Below, piece after piece: positions 47,641-60,158 of a DNA stretch of 64,000 nt (position 1 is its first letter; each line of letters opens with the position of its first letter). Both the position numbers and the translations under genes were made by a program. Below the pieces are notes generated by a model. It saw only the letters and a program-made list of their open reading frames with translations. It was not told the origin of the DNA and did no database searches. Source of the DNA: the human T2T-CHM13v2.0 reference genome, Homo sapiens; NCBI RefSeq assembly GCF_009914755.1, contig NC_060929.1. The stretch is one strand, 5' to 3'.

Positions 47641-49825
47641 TGAAAATAAACATGTAGATAAATAGATAATATAGAAAATAAAAACCTAATGTTAAGTTAA
47701 TCTAAAGTAAAAGCATTAAAGTTTCAAGACCAATCTATGATGCACCCAAAATATTAATGCTATAATAAAGCTTCATTCTGTTTAACTGGTTTCTGACTTA
47801 AAACAGAATTTCCAACATGATTTTAGAAGCATAATGTCTTTGCTATCCATATCTAGAGTCAAAAAGCTGCAAATAATTCTGTTTGTCAAAAAAACCCATC
47901 ACATTAAAATGTGATACCTTCAGGCCTTGTTCTCTTCACGTATAGGATGCAATGACGTTATTCTAATACTTTTTCTTGCTCTTTAATATAAATTGACTAT
48001 GAAGTGGATTGAATTTTGTTACCAGAATTCATGCAGGAAACACCTCTTATGAAAGTAATTAGTAAATGATGTTACGATTGTATAGGATTAGCAAAGTCTA
48101 GAGATTTAGAATGTCTTTTCTCAAGTAATATCTTTCACAAATATATCCAGTCTACTCTTCTCCTTGCCAAGAATCAATGAAATGCAGTTACTTGTGATGG
48201 AGCAATATTATGCATCTAATTTATCTTCCTATATTTCAGGGATAGTTTATTACATTTTATTTTTAAGGCAAAGTAGAGTTTTTTGTTTTTTGTTTTTTTT
48301 AGTTTATAAACAGCTAGATTTTTCAGTGTTTTGCTGTCTAATTTTCCTTAGGTACAGAAAACCTGGTCCAATGGCTAATTGATGGTTCTATCTCAAGTAT
48401 TGAACTCCTTTAGGAAATCCAATGCAATGATTTAATTTATGTCTAGTAGCTGAGAACTGCTATGCCTAAATTATGAAAGATGCCCATATTTTCTTAAAAA
48501 GGTTTTGAGATGACATTATCTATATTTTTAGGATTCAACCTATACTGTGCTTTAAGAAATTTTGAACTTTACGTCTGTGCAGTTTAACAGCTTTATTTTC
48601 AGACATTTCTTTAATGTTACATCTAACAGCTCATAGAAAGGTGAACTGATAGTGCTTTCAAAGATACCTTGCACTGAAAAATAATCCATTGGAAGAATTA
48701 TATTTGCTCTTAAATGGAATGCCTTCTTAAATCCTGTAGACCCATTCTTTTTTGGCTTGGGGATTTAGTGGAATAAATTTCTATAGAAGCAAGGACTAGG
48801 TGTTTTCATCAGATCAATTTCATCATTTATTCTATCATTAAGAAAATGCCATTGTACACACATAACCAATGAGAAGGAAAAAGCGGTAAGTTTTTTTTTT
48901 TTTGGCACAGAATGTGATTCAAAATAGTTGTGTTAAAAAGTCCGTTTTCATCATAAGAGGATGTCCATAATGTACATTTTCAGACAATTTTAACTTTAGA
49001 CATACTAAGAGCTGCTGTAGCACTTTTATTTCTAGTCAAGATTCTCTTATGCAGAATGTGTCTGGTGATATTACAAGTGATTTATCTAGGAAAATAGGGC
49101 CAATTGAACAAACTAATGGGTTTGACTTAGCTGATTTCCCAAGGGAATTTCTGCTTTACATTCTGTGTTATCCTAAAGCTGTGCTCTGTTCATTTCAAGA
49201 TGGAAAAACCCAAGTTAAAGTCTCTTCACAGGCTTTGAGTTATCCCTGTCCTTATAATGTTAGCCCTTTAGGTTCATCGTTCCATGGCACCTAAATGCAA
49301 TTATTATGATTTTGATGCCCTTTGTTAGTAGTAGGAAACATTATTATTAGAGTTCAGTGATCAATAATCAAATTTGCAGATTTAGTATGATGCCATACAA
49401 CAAAGTCATAAAGAGTCTTGATTCTCTTTAGCTTTTGTCACTCCATCAATCCAACTACATAGTAGTTTAAACTATCATTTTGACACAAAGAATCTGTAAT
49501 ATGAATAATTATCTTTCTTCACAGCATCAACATCTTGTCTCCACTTTTATCACCATTTGTAATTAACTATGAGTCACTAGAGATTCAAAAGAGTGTCAGT
49601 TTGATTTTAAAGACAATGACCTTTACCACTAATTCAAACTGTCTTTAAAGATCTCAGACTCTGACACACCTGTATTATACAACAGAACACTGTTACAAAA
49701 AATTCAATTTTGTTTCTAAAATTGCACAAGTAGTAGAACCACATCTCAGACCTTAATAGCCGAGCCACATCTCAGACCTTGAAACACTCAGGATTATTAT
49801 TCCTACAATATTTTCAAGTACCCAC

Positions 49826-50056
49826 CGGCTAACTGCAACCTCCAACTCCCTGGGTCAAGCGATTCTCCTGCCTCAGCCTCCTGAGGAGCTGAGATTACAG
49901 GCACCCATGACTATGCCCGGCTAATGTTTGTATTTTTAGTAGAGACGGGGTTTCACCGTGTTGGCCAGGATGGTCTCAATCTCCTAACCTCGTGATCCAC
50001 CCGCCTCGGCTTCCCAAAGTGCTGGGATTACAGACGTGAGCCACAGCGCCCAGCCG
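49826..50056 (-). mobile_element. AluS (Sc/Sg-like) lacking its 3' ~55 nt and A-tail
   Basis: Intact 5' end '...cgcccagcc'; stops abruptly at 'cggctaactgcaacctcc'. Confidence 0.88.
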
Positions 50057-50386
50057 AGAGGTGGGACTTTTGAGGTGATTAGGCCGTAAGGGTTTCTACC
50101 TCAAGAGTGAGTTTAATGCCTTTATGAAAGAGGACATTTAGAAGTGACTTATCTTTCTTGGTACTTCCCCTCTACTGTCATTTGAGAAACAGTGTTCCTC
50201 CTCTCTGGAAGATGCAGCAAGACACAATCTTGGAAGTGGAGACCAGGGACTTGCCAGATACCACATATTCCAGTGATTTGATCTTGGACTTCCCAGCCCC
50301 TAGAACTATAAAAAATAAGTCTCTGTTCTTTATAAATTACACAGTCTCAAATATTTTGTTACGGCAGAACAAAAAGTACTAAAACA
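50057..50386 (+). mobile_element. MST (MSTD-like) LTR lacking its 5' part
   Basis: 'ggaagatgcagcaag...atcttggaagtggaga...atcttggacttcccagcc...ctttataaattacacagtctc...actaaaaca'. Confidence 0.8.
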
Positions 50387-51879
50387 TTGACTCACATCTC
50401 TGACCACAGAATACTTTCACTACTTCCTCTTCTGCAGACTCCTTTGTAATTTTTCTTCTATTGTTCTGGTTTTCTTATTTGAAATATTTTCCCCAACACA
50501 TCACTTTATGCCAGAAGACATCCCTAAATATCTGTTGTAGAGGCTGATGAGAGTTCCATAACATCTAATCTTAGAAATGAATGTCAAGTATTGACTCAGT
50601 ATGATTAATCAATTTATGATGTTCTCATAAATAAGTTGCTTGGATGAGCTCTCTTCTGATATTGTCCCTGATTTTTGGAAAGGGAACTATTACTACTTGC
50701 TAGTGAAAAAAGACTAGTGTTTGGAGTTGAGTACTTAGTGATAATATTTGAGTACTTTTCTCAATGTTCTAATAATCATCAGAACAGCTGGAAGTATTTA
50801 TTGAAAAAGAAATGCAGAGATCAAAAAGAAGATTCTGACAATTTTACTTTTTCTCTGTAGAGCTAATCTTGTATATTTTGACTGCTTATATGTATGTAAA
50901 ATAGCATGAAGACAATAAGTACATTCTATAAATATAAAATTTTAGCATCTAACTGTTTATTCTGTTATACATAATTGTGAAATTTATGTGTTTCCTTTTT
51001 CCAGAAAATTTTGTTACATGCCATATGGGTGAACTAAAATAAATGTATCATTCATTTTCAGACATATAAATTTCCCTCTTTAAAATGTTCAGTATTTTCC
51101 TTCAGAAATCACTAGTGTTGAGAATTTTTAAGAGTAATATTTCTATGGAATTAGGACATTAATAACTGTATTTACTTTAAGAAATACTGCATGTATTTGA
51201 TAGATATCTGGGTCTATATTTCTCTATGATAGAACCTTGATTGAAAAATAATTACCCTTCTAAAATATGCTGAATGTACAATAGAAGTATATGTCTTTTG
51301 AATAGCTTTTATTTTATACTAATTATTTTATAATACATTCACTTCAAATTTTGGTTTAAAGTGTTAGTCATAAATATAGATAAAATAAATGGGAAATTGA
51401 TTTTATGGTCTTGAATGAGACTATTATATTAATCTAGCAAATGGGTTAAATCAACAACAGAATTTTGAAAAATATGTAGTGGGTAATAGCTAATAATAAT
51501 GTTTTTATGTGTAACTGATTTTATAACATTCAACTAAGTTTGTTTTTGTTAGGCCTGATAATATCAGAAGTAGTATATTTGTAATTTCAGTGTTTATTAC
51601 TAATATTATACATCCCTCAATTGGCATCATTATAATATTTTAACTAAAATATACTGTGAAATTATACATTCTAGGCACTGTGCTGGGCTTCTGGAAAAAT
51701 TATAAAGTTGCTTTATTAAATTCATACATGTGGAAATCTAATATAAATTTTATACATATATTTTTTATCATAAGAGTGTATAGTATTTCTTAGGGAATTT
51801 CAATGAACCTAGAAAATCTTATATACTTTAGTGCAACTGTAAGTTACTACACTTGGAGAAAAAATTCTTGATATTTTCA

Positions 51880-52230
51880 TAGTGCAAAAGTATACATATG
51901 TGCTAGTCTCAGCATCTAGATTAAAAATCCACCCTTGAACCTAAACTAAAAGTTAAAATATTTTTAAAAAGAACCTGTCCTACAGAAGTAAAGACATATA
52001 TGTGATCCTGGATATACAAGAATGTTTTCACAGCATTGTTTATGATGGCAAAGTAAATCAGAATTAAACATGAGTGTCTTCAACAGGGAATTGGTAGAAT
52101 AGTTTTTGTATCTTATAGTGGAAAAATGTTAAGATATTAAAAGATAAGTTAGTTTGCATGTATTTACCTGAAGCTATGTCTGCACCTATATGCAAAATAG
52201 GAGTTTGCAAAATAATATACATGATATCAT
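51880..52230 (+). mobile_element. L1ME-like fragment containing a tiny L1PA tail
   Basis: 'aatgttttcacagcattgtttatgatggcaaa...tgtcttcaacagggaattggt'; 'cccttgaacctaaactaaaagttaaaa'. Confidence 0.55.
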
Positions 52231-52244
52231 TCACTTCATACAGA

Positions 52245-52420
52245 GTATTGGTTAGCACATTAAAGAATTTTCTGTGTGGGACCAAGTTAAGGAATTTACA
52301 TGCATTGGCTGATTTAATTCTCACATAAATCAGCTGATAGAGCAGTTTTATCATTCTCATTGCATCCCTGAATCTTAGGTGCATAGAGGTTCAATAAATT
52401 GCCTGGAGTTACACAGGGAA
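52245..52420 (-). mobile_element. MIR
   Basis: 'tttaattctcacataa...ttttatcattctcatt...aggtgcatagaggttcaataaattgcctggagttacacag'. Confidence 0.65.
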
Positions 52421-52478
52421 AGAATAAAATTACTCAATTATTAGGATTTTGAGAACTTCAGAATAAAGAAAGCATGTT

Positions 52479-52836
52479 TAGTTGCCCCCGCCCACCCCCC
52501 GACCTGGGGTACATGGCTGTTTTCCCTGGTTTCAGTTAACCAGCATTCAACTGAGGTCTAAAAATAGGTGAGTGTATAACAACAAGATATTTTGAGAGAG
52601 AGTAAGAGACCACATTCATCTACTTTTATTACGGTACGTTATAAATGTTCTGTTTTATCATTTTTATTGTTGTTAGTTTCTTACTGTGCCTAATTTATAA
52701 ATTAAACTTTACCATAGCTATGTATGTATAGAAAAAAATACATAGTACAGTATATATGGGATTTGAACTACCTACAGTTTCAGGCAACCACTGGGGGTCT
52801 TGGAATGTATCCTCTGTGGATAAGAGGGATTACTAT
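52479..52836 (+). mobile_element. MER44A (TcMar-Tigger)
   Basis: 'aaaataggtgagt...aagatattttgagagagag...accacattca', 'ctgtgcctaatttataaattaaacttta', end 'ggataagagggattacta'. Confidence 0.85.
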
Positions 52837-54311
52837 ATTTCCTAAGTTTCATAATGGCATTCTTTTGGAATAGATTAAATGTCATGCATGGGCTTTGAGC
52901 TTATTAATTTTATTATAACATTTGACAACATCTCATGAAATTCTGATGCACACATAGAAAATATCAAACCAGATGGAAGTATTACATGCTATATCCTTGG
53001 TTGAATAAATATACCCAATGATTAATCAATGGGTATGTTTATGGGTAGTTTGAAAGGAAACATAATATACTTCTGGGTTCTATTACTGGCACTATTGTGA
53101 ATACAAATGTTATCAATCATGTAACTATTAGACTGCTCACAAATACTTTAGTTTTTCTCATACTATACAAATAATAAGATGGCAGTATTTCACTCTGCTC
53201 GAAGGTAAATGAAACCACTCTACTTGTTTAGACCAATGTCATTTGGATAGAAAGAATTTTTACAAGGCCTTCCCGTGGTCCCTTATGAGCTGTATTAGCA
53301 TGAGTTGTGACAGAGTTTTTATCAGCTGTCTTCCTAAATGACTAAGTCTCCTGGCAAACTTATTATAGAGACTGGATTGTTTTTAGATGTGAAAGTTATT
53401 TATTACTGCAGTATAGTATAGGTCATCTTAACTGATACACATAACAAAATGGAATGTTTGGTTTAGAAATATACAAATGTCCCTACCAGGGAAATTAGAC
53501 AATTGACTTAATAATAAAACTGGTATTTAACTTCAGGAATTCAGAATTTATAGTATATAATATATTTATGTATATATATATTATACTGTAGATATATTCA
53601 CAAAGTTAATTTTTGATTAATAACTTACAGAAAGCTCTGCACTTGAGATTTATAAACTTGCTGAAAAAAATTCAGTAAGAAAACTCTATTTTAGTATATG
53701 CTTAATGAAAATATCTTGGTGGAAACCCTAAACTCTAAAACTACCCTGTGGTATTCAGAATGAGTCAAGCAAAACCCATAATAAATGACTTTATAGGTAG
53801 CTTTTGGATACAGCTCTAGGTTTAAAATTTGAGAATAAGGTTGGCAGATTATATTCTTTACAAAGGAAGGGCTGTCACAGCAGTGTGTGCCTGGAACCCA
53901 TTTTAAATAAAGGAAAAGTTGAAGAGCTGGCATTTTAACCATCATATGTCTAATACATAATGATGCTTCATAAGTTATTGAGACCTCCCTCGATCTCTGG
54001 GATAGTTGGAGCAATGGCTGAACATAAACTATCAGAAAAATTGAATCTGTAATTCTGTCAATAAGTGAGAAAATATTCTAAGATTCTTTAAATTTTAATT
54101 CTGGGTTTTTGAACACATTGATATGTAAAATATAACAAAATAAGGTGGACACTATTTAACTGCAGTTGGTATCAGTTCTTATGTACTGAATTTAAGGAGA
54201 GAGATGTTATCACCATAGGAAATTATACCAACTAATGGCTGCATGCCATTAATATATTTTCTGAAGTTTGAATTTTCAGTTAATGCACTTTTAATGATAT
54301 TAAAGAGCACT

Positions 54312-55595
54312 TTATTAACAGCTATTTGAAGGGTAATTTATATACAGAGAACTGCACATATTTAACTTGTATACTTTAATGAGTTTAAACATATGCAAAC
54401 ACCCCCAATACTGTCACCACACTCACTTGGATATGATTCACATAAACATACCCAAGATGCCCCAAAATTTATTTTAAACCCCTTATGTGTGTATGTGTGT
54501 GGTGAGAAGACTGAATTTGAGACCCAGCCTCAACAAATTTTGACATGCACAATATTATAGTATAAACTATCGGCACCATATTGAACAGCCGCTCTCTAAA
54601 ATGTATTTATCTTGCACAACAAAGTTCATATTCCTTGAAAAACTTCCCATTACCCCACAACAGAGCCTTTGGAAACTACTGTGGTCTTCTCTGCCTCTGT
54701 GAGTTTGACTATTACAGATACCTCGTGTAAGTGGAATTCTGCAGTATTTGTCCTCTTGTGACTGGCTTATTTCACTTAGCATAAGATCCCTTAGGTTCAT
54801 CAATATTGTCACCAATGGCAGGATTTTCTTCTTAAGACTGAAAAATATTATATTGTATGTATATACCTCAATTTCTTTATCCATTCATCTGCCAATGGGC
54901 ATAGACATGGGTCATTTCCATATCTTGGCTATTGTGAAAAATGATGCTATAAATGTGGGAGTGCTGATATCTCTACAAGATCCTGATTTTAATTGTTTTG
55001 GATATGTATCTAGAAATAAGAGTGCTGGATCGCATGGTAATTCTATTATTTTTAGCTTTTGGAGGAACCTCCATACTGTTTTCATAGTTGCTGTATCATT
55101 GTACATTCTCAATGTACAGTGTACAGGGGTTCCAAATTCCCTACATCCTCACCATTTATCTTTTGGTTTTTTGAAAATCAACATCCTAACAAGAGTGAGG
55201 TAATATCATTTTGATATTACTATTTGCAATGACTTTTTGAATATGACATCAAAAGCACAGGAAACAGAAGCAAAAAATAGGCAAGTTGGACTATATCAAA
55301 CTAAAAACAAACAAGAAAAACAAAAATCAAGCAAACTTCTACACAGCTAAGGATACAGTCAACAGAATGAAAAGGCAATCTATAAAATGAGAGAAAATAT
55401 TTGCAATCCATATATCTGATAATGGATTAATTTTCAAAATATATAAGAAATTCCTACAATTTAATAGCAAAACATGCATAATCTGATTAAAAAATGAGCA
55501 AAGGATTTGAACAGACATTTCTTCAAAGAAGATATGCAGATGGCCAACTGGTACATTAAAAAATATGCTCAACATCTTTAATTATCAGGGACATG
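54312..55595 (-). mobile_element. L1MB/L1MA10-like element with 5' inversion (minus 54312-~55211, plus ~55212-55595)
   Basis: Minus ORF2 end (VWRFLQKLKIIELPCDPA...) and 3'UTR; plus segment 'gcaatgactttttgaatatgacatcaaaagcacagg...atcagggacatg'. Confidence 0.8.
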
Positions 55596-55706
55596 GAGAT
55601 TAGTAGAACTTTCAAGTACATAAATAAATAACTCTACTTCACAGACTAACCTATAAAATGCTGAATTTTGTTATGTAAAATGTTACAGAAATAATTTCCT
55701 CACAAT

Positions 55707-56091
55707 TGTGTTAATTCGTTTGTGCTACTATTACAAAATATTTACTACCTGGTCATTTATAAAGAACAGAAATTGATTTTCCACAGTTCTGCAGGCTGGA
55801 AATCCAAGATGAAGTCACCTGTAGTTCAGTGTCTGTGTCTAAGAGAGCACTTTGTTGCTGCACCCGCCAGAGGGAAGAAATACTGTATCTTCTCATGAAG
55901 GAAGGAACCGAAGGTGGGAATAGGGACCAAACTCCCTCTTTCAAGCCTTTTTGTAGTGACATTAATTCATTTATGAGGATGCCACCATCATGACATACTC
56001 ATTTCCCAAAGGATTTCACCTCCTTCCACTGTTGCACTGGGGATTTATTTTCCAACACATGAATTTTGAGGGACGCATTCAAACCATAGCA
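55707..56091 (-). mobile_element. MST (MSTD/MSTC-like) solo LTR
   Basis: 'tgtgttaattcgtttgtg...cacagttctgcaggctggaaatccaagat...cattcaaaccatagca'. Confidence 0.85.
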
Positions 56092-56174
56092 ACTGGTATA
56101 TAGTAACTAGGTGGCCCGATGATCTTCATAATAAAATTATATTTTACTTTAGTATAAAATAAAAGGTCAAGGCT

Positions 56175-56590
56175 TGTAACTGTCATGAGACTGCTTCATG
56201 TATATCTCCCCTAGTGACTATCACGGTTGACTGACAGCTCCTGGGGTTCATCTTTGTATCCATCACTACATATACTTCAAAATCCCCATCTCACAGCTGT
56301 TGTCAGCCAATGACAAAGCATAGTGAGGTGCTGTTCCTGCTCAATATGGAGGAAAACTTTGGCTTGATAACTCTCCATTGGCCTGCCAAAATATGTTAAG
56401 TATTGTGCTACTATCTGAAACTCATTTTACCTAACCTTTTTTATTTTCTTTCCTCCTTCATAAGGTTTACAAGTATTGTGGCTGAAGGCTGTGTCTATTC
56501 CTGCTTCCTCCACCTCACCTTGCAAAAGTGTTTATCCAAATAAATCCCTCACACATCTAATCCCATTTTGGCAAATTCAGTTTCAGAACT
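56175..56590 (+). mobile_element. LTR16-like ERVL LTR
   Basis: 'ctgacagctcc', 'cagccaatgac', 'aactctccattggcct', 'aataaatccctcacacatctaatcccattttggc'. Confidence 0.6.
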
Positions 56591-56626
56591 TTGCCTTCAC
56601 TACTAGTCTCAAGGAAAATATATTAA

Positions 56627-56674
56627 TACACACACACACACACACACACACACATGCATGCACACACACACACA
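56627..56674. repeat. (CA)n microsatellite, interrupted
   Basis: Seen directly. Confidence 0.95.
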
Positions 56675-59499
56675 TATGTATATATTTCCCAATCTATTAT
56701 AGGTAAAATATACTCTTATCACGAATAAATCCAAATTGTGAATGCTTAAAATATACTTTACAGAATATTAAAATTTAAAAGCATCACAGGAAAAATATTA
56801 ATACTGTTTACAGAATTTCAATATGTGAATAATATTTACATTACAGTTTCATATGAACCTTTTACTTCTCTATTTAGTATGCCATCATGTCACTGCAGAG
56901 GTATGAAAAGGAGAGCTCTCCTAGTTGTGAAAAAAGAAACATGTTTTATTGGGAGCTAAGTGGAAGGTTGAACATGTGGGAATATCTGGGCATGCACTGA
57001 AGACACCTTTTGCATCTCCCCCATCCACATAGCAAAGTGAATGTGGTTTGTGTCCATTTATGCAGGATACTCTGGAAAACCAAACTGAAGCAGGTTAACA
57101 TACATTTTTAAAAGAAAACTAAAGGAAAACAACACATACTTTATTACCTATCAAAGTAACCACTTCATTATATTTTAGTGGAAGCTATTATTTATTATCG
57201 AATTATTTGCTTGGGCAGGAAGATACAGGGTTTTTCCATTTGGGTTGTATATGCTCCTCATGAGAAAAGCTGAAGACAAAATCTTACCCTTCTGCCCAAA
57301 GTCAATTGAATCAACATGTTTACCTTGCTCCACGGAGCTGCTAACCTACTGGCTGGGTGTTGTGTGGCTTGGCAATGAAGTTCTGCATGACAGGAACAAT
57401 GGTTTTTAAGTGGACTAATCAGAGCTATTAATGCATATGCAGTGAAGGCAGGAACTTTGCTACATGCAGGGCTTATCATTTTGCTAATAACAATGCCTGG
57501 CACAGATTACCAATTTGTTGAAATAAAACATATTCTGGGAGATATAAGATAGAGAAAGAGCAGCATGTAGTAGAAATAGATGTCGAAAGATGAATTAAGA
57601 TGATGCATTAAGCTTGAAACGTGAGGCAGAGAAAGCTGTACATAAGTTGAAGGCTTTGAGTTAAAAGACTATAGGAATTAGATGAGTGGGGGCTATGGAG
57701 AACAGAGAGAATTTAGAGTGTGGACAAGTGTTCTATGAGCAGAGACTGGGACTAGCCAAAACGTGATGATGGGCAGCTAGCTTGGAAACAATGCTTACAA
57801 CGTGAAAATTATATATTTACAAAAGGCCATTACTTCTGTTAAAGAACAATAGACCCCAGTGAAAAGAAAGGAAATTGAAAAATAGAGAAAATGTGGAGAA
57901 AACTAGAATCTCTATAGACAGCATCAATGCAGCATCAATTATGTGAACCACTTTTGAGCACAAAGAACTATTGTTTTGACCTTGGAGGCAATTTGGTCTT
58001 CATTAGGTTTAGCTGTAGGATAGTTGATGTTCATTATTCCCTATAATGCTTGTGATGGCAAAACCTTCACAAATTTATATGATCTAGTTATGTTTTCAAT
58101 CCTTACAACCCAAATAACCGATCATAACTCTCACTATGTCATTTGAAAAAAAAATGATCATCAGAAGTGTAATTCAATTAGCAAGTATCAGTAGTGGAGT
58201 ATAAATTATTATTGGTTAATACTAAGTATGATTGAAAAATCATAGTAGATGGAAATATGGGAATCTTTATTTTGGATGAATAAACTTTATGCCTAAAACA
58301 TATGTTTATAAAAAATACTTTGTGAATAAACCCATTGTCTAATATTTAAAAGAGTTGAAGTATGCTATTATAAGACCTTCCTTAATTGATGAAATGATGC
58401 AAAGCCAATAATATTGCTCCACTTACTGAAGTACAGAGATGAACAGAAAACTTTTTCTTTATTCCATGTTCTATATAAGTCAAGAACTAGAGCTCAAGAT
58501 TAAGGTTTTTTTTTTTGTTTTTTTTTTTTTCCATTTCCCTGGGAACAGAGCAACAGTCTCTCTGGGTCTAAAACATCCTTTTTTCAGTACATCCCACAGC
58601 ATCCTATAGAAATATGTTGCAATCAGTTGCCAAGTCACATCCTAGCTTAATGTCAGCAATTTTCTTTCTGAACCAATTTTGCACTCAGCATTAAGAGGAA
58701 ATATTGAAGGGAGACGTACCTTTTATGTTTGTAAAATTTATACTTCTTGAGATAAAAAGGCAACTATATCCATTGTTGTGAGATCTTGAGAAGAAATAAG
58801 AAAATGAAATATTATAGAAAATATTATATTATTTAATTGTCCTGTTCTAAAACACTTTCTAAGCCTGCCTGTTTTTTTGCCAAATTAAATCAATATTTGG
58901 ATGTAGACAGCTTTTCAGAGTGGCAGTATCATAGTCAATGAAGATGACCTGAGGCACAATTATTGCTAATTGGACATAGAAACCACCTTCACTCATATAT
59001 AAAAATTATTATGTGCTATACTAGATATTTCAGGAGAATTGATAAAAGAAAGACTGTTGTATTCATATGCTTGTCTTCCTGGCTAGAGGATCTGTTTTAA
59101 TTAATCAGCTCATGGAGTTTGGAAAATATTTATAGTATACATAGCTGAGTGTTCATGTAAATTTTGAATACATTCATACATCTTTTTTTTTAAAAAAAGA
59201 TTGAACTTCAAAACCATTTTCTTACATACTCAGTAGAAGTTGTTATGAGCCAACATTTTTTGTGAGCTATACTATTTTAAACATCTAAAGTAAATTATTT
59301 GACATATAAAAAGACTTCTTCATTTAAAAATATATCTTTTAAAAATAATTTTACAAGTGATGGCATCTCATTTTAGAAGAAGAGGCATCAATGACAGCAG
59401 TTACAGTAACTCAATGCTGAATATGTTTTTAAATACAAGATGCTGTGTTCAGCATTGTACATACATTATCAAATTTTATTCTGATAATATGCTGCATGA

Positions 59500-59577
59500 T
59501 GTATTAGGCTGGGTTCTCTCAGACAGAACCTACACGTATACATATATATATACACACATGCATATACATACACATAC

Positions 59578-59608
<31 letters not shown>

Positions 59609-59972
59609 TCTCTACATTTATTAGAGGAATTGGATCATGCGATTATGGGGGCTGAGAAGTTCCAGGATAGGTTGTCTGCAAGCTGGAGAACCAGGGAAGA
59701 GAGTAGAGTAGCTTTCTCCAAGTCCTGAAGCTTCAGAACTAGGGAACTGATGGTATAACTCTCAGTCAGAGGCCAAAGGCCTGAGAACTCAGACAGCCAC
59801 TTTGCAACTCCTGGAATCCCAAGGCCAGAGAGCCTGGAGTTTGGATGTCCAAAAGCACCAGAAGGAGGGTGTCTTAGGTCCAGGAGAGAGCGAGCTTTCC
59901 TATGCATTTTTGTTTTATCCATACCCCTGACCAATTGGATGGTGCCCACCTGCATTGAGGGTGGGTGTCCCT
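59500..59972 (-). mobile_element. MLT2B-like ERVL LTR, truncated
   Basis: 'tgtattagg...gggttctc...gaggaattggatcatgcgattatgggggctgagaagttcc...ctgcaagctggaga...ggatggtgcccacc..cattgagggtgg'. Confidence 0.85.
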
Positions 59973-60090
59973 CTATTAAATATTTTAACTTTAATTTTAA
60001 CTGTGATATAGGCACTGAATTCTTGTTGCTAATAATCTGGTAAGATCCATCTGAACTATGAAGTGAGTACCTGGAGGAACTCCTACATTT

Positions 60091-60115
60091 TAGGCTTTCA
60101 AAGGTTACAGGCTTT

Positions 60116-60158
<43 letters not shown>

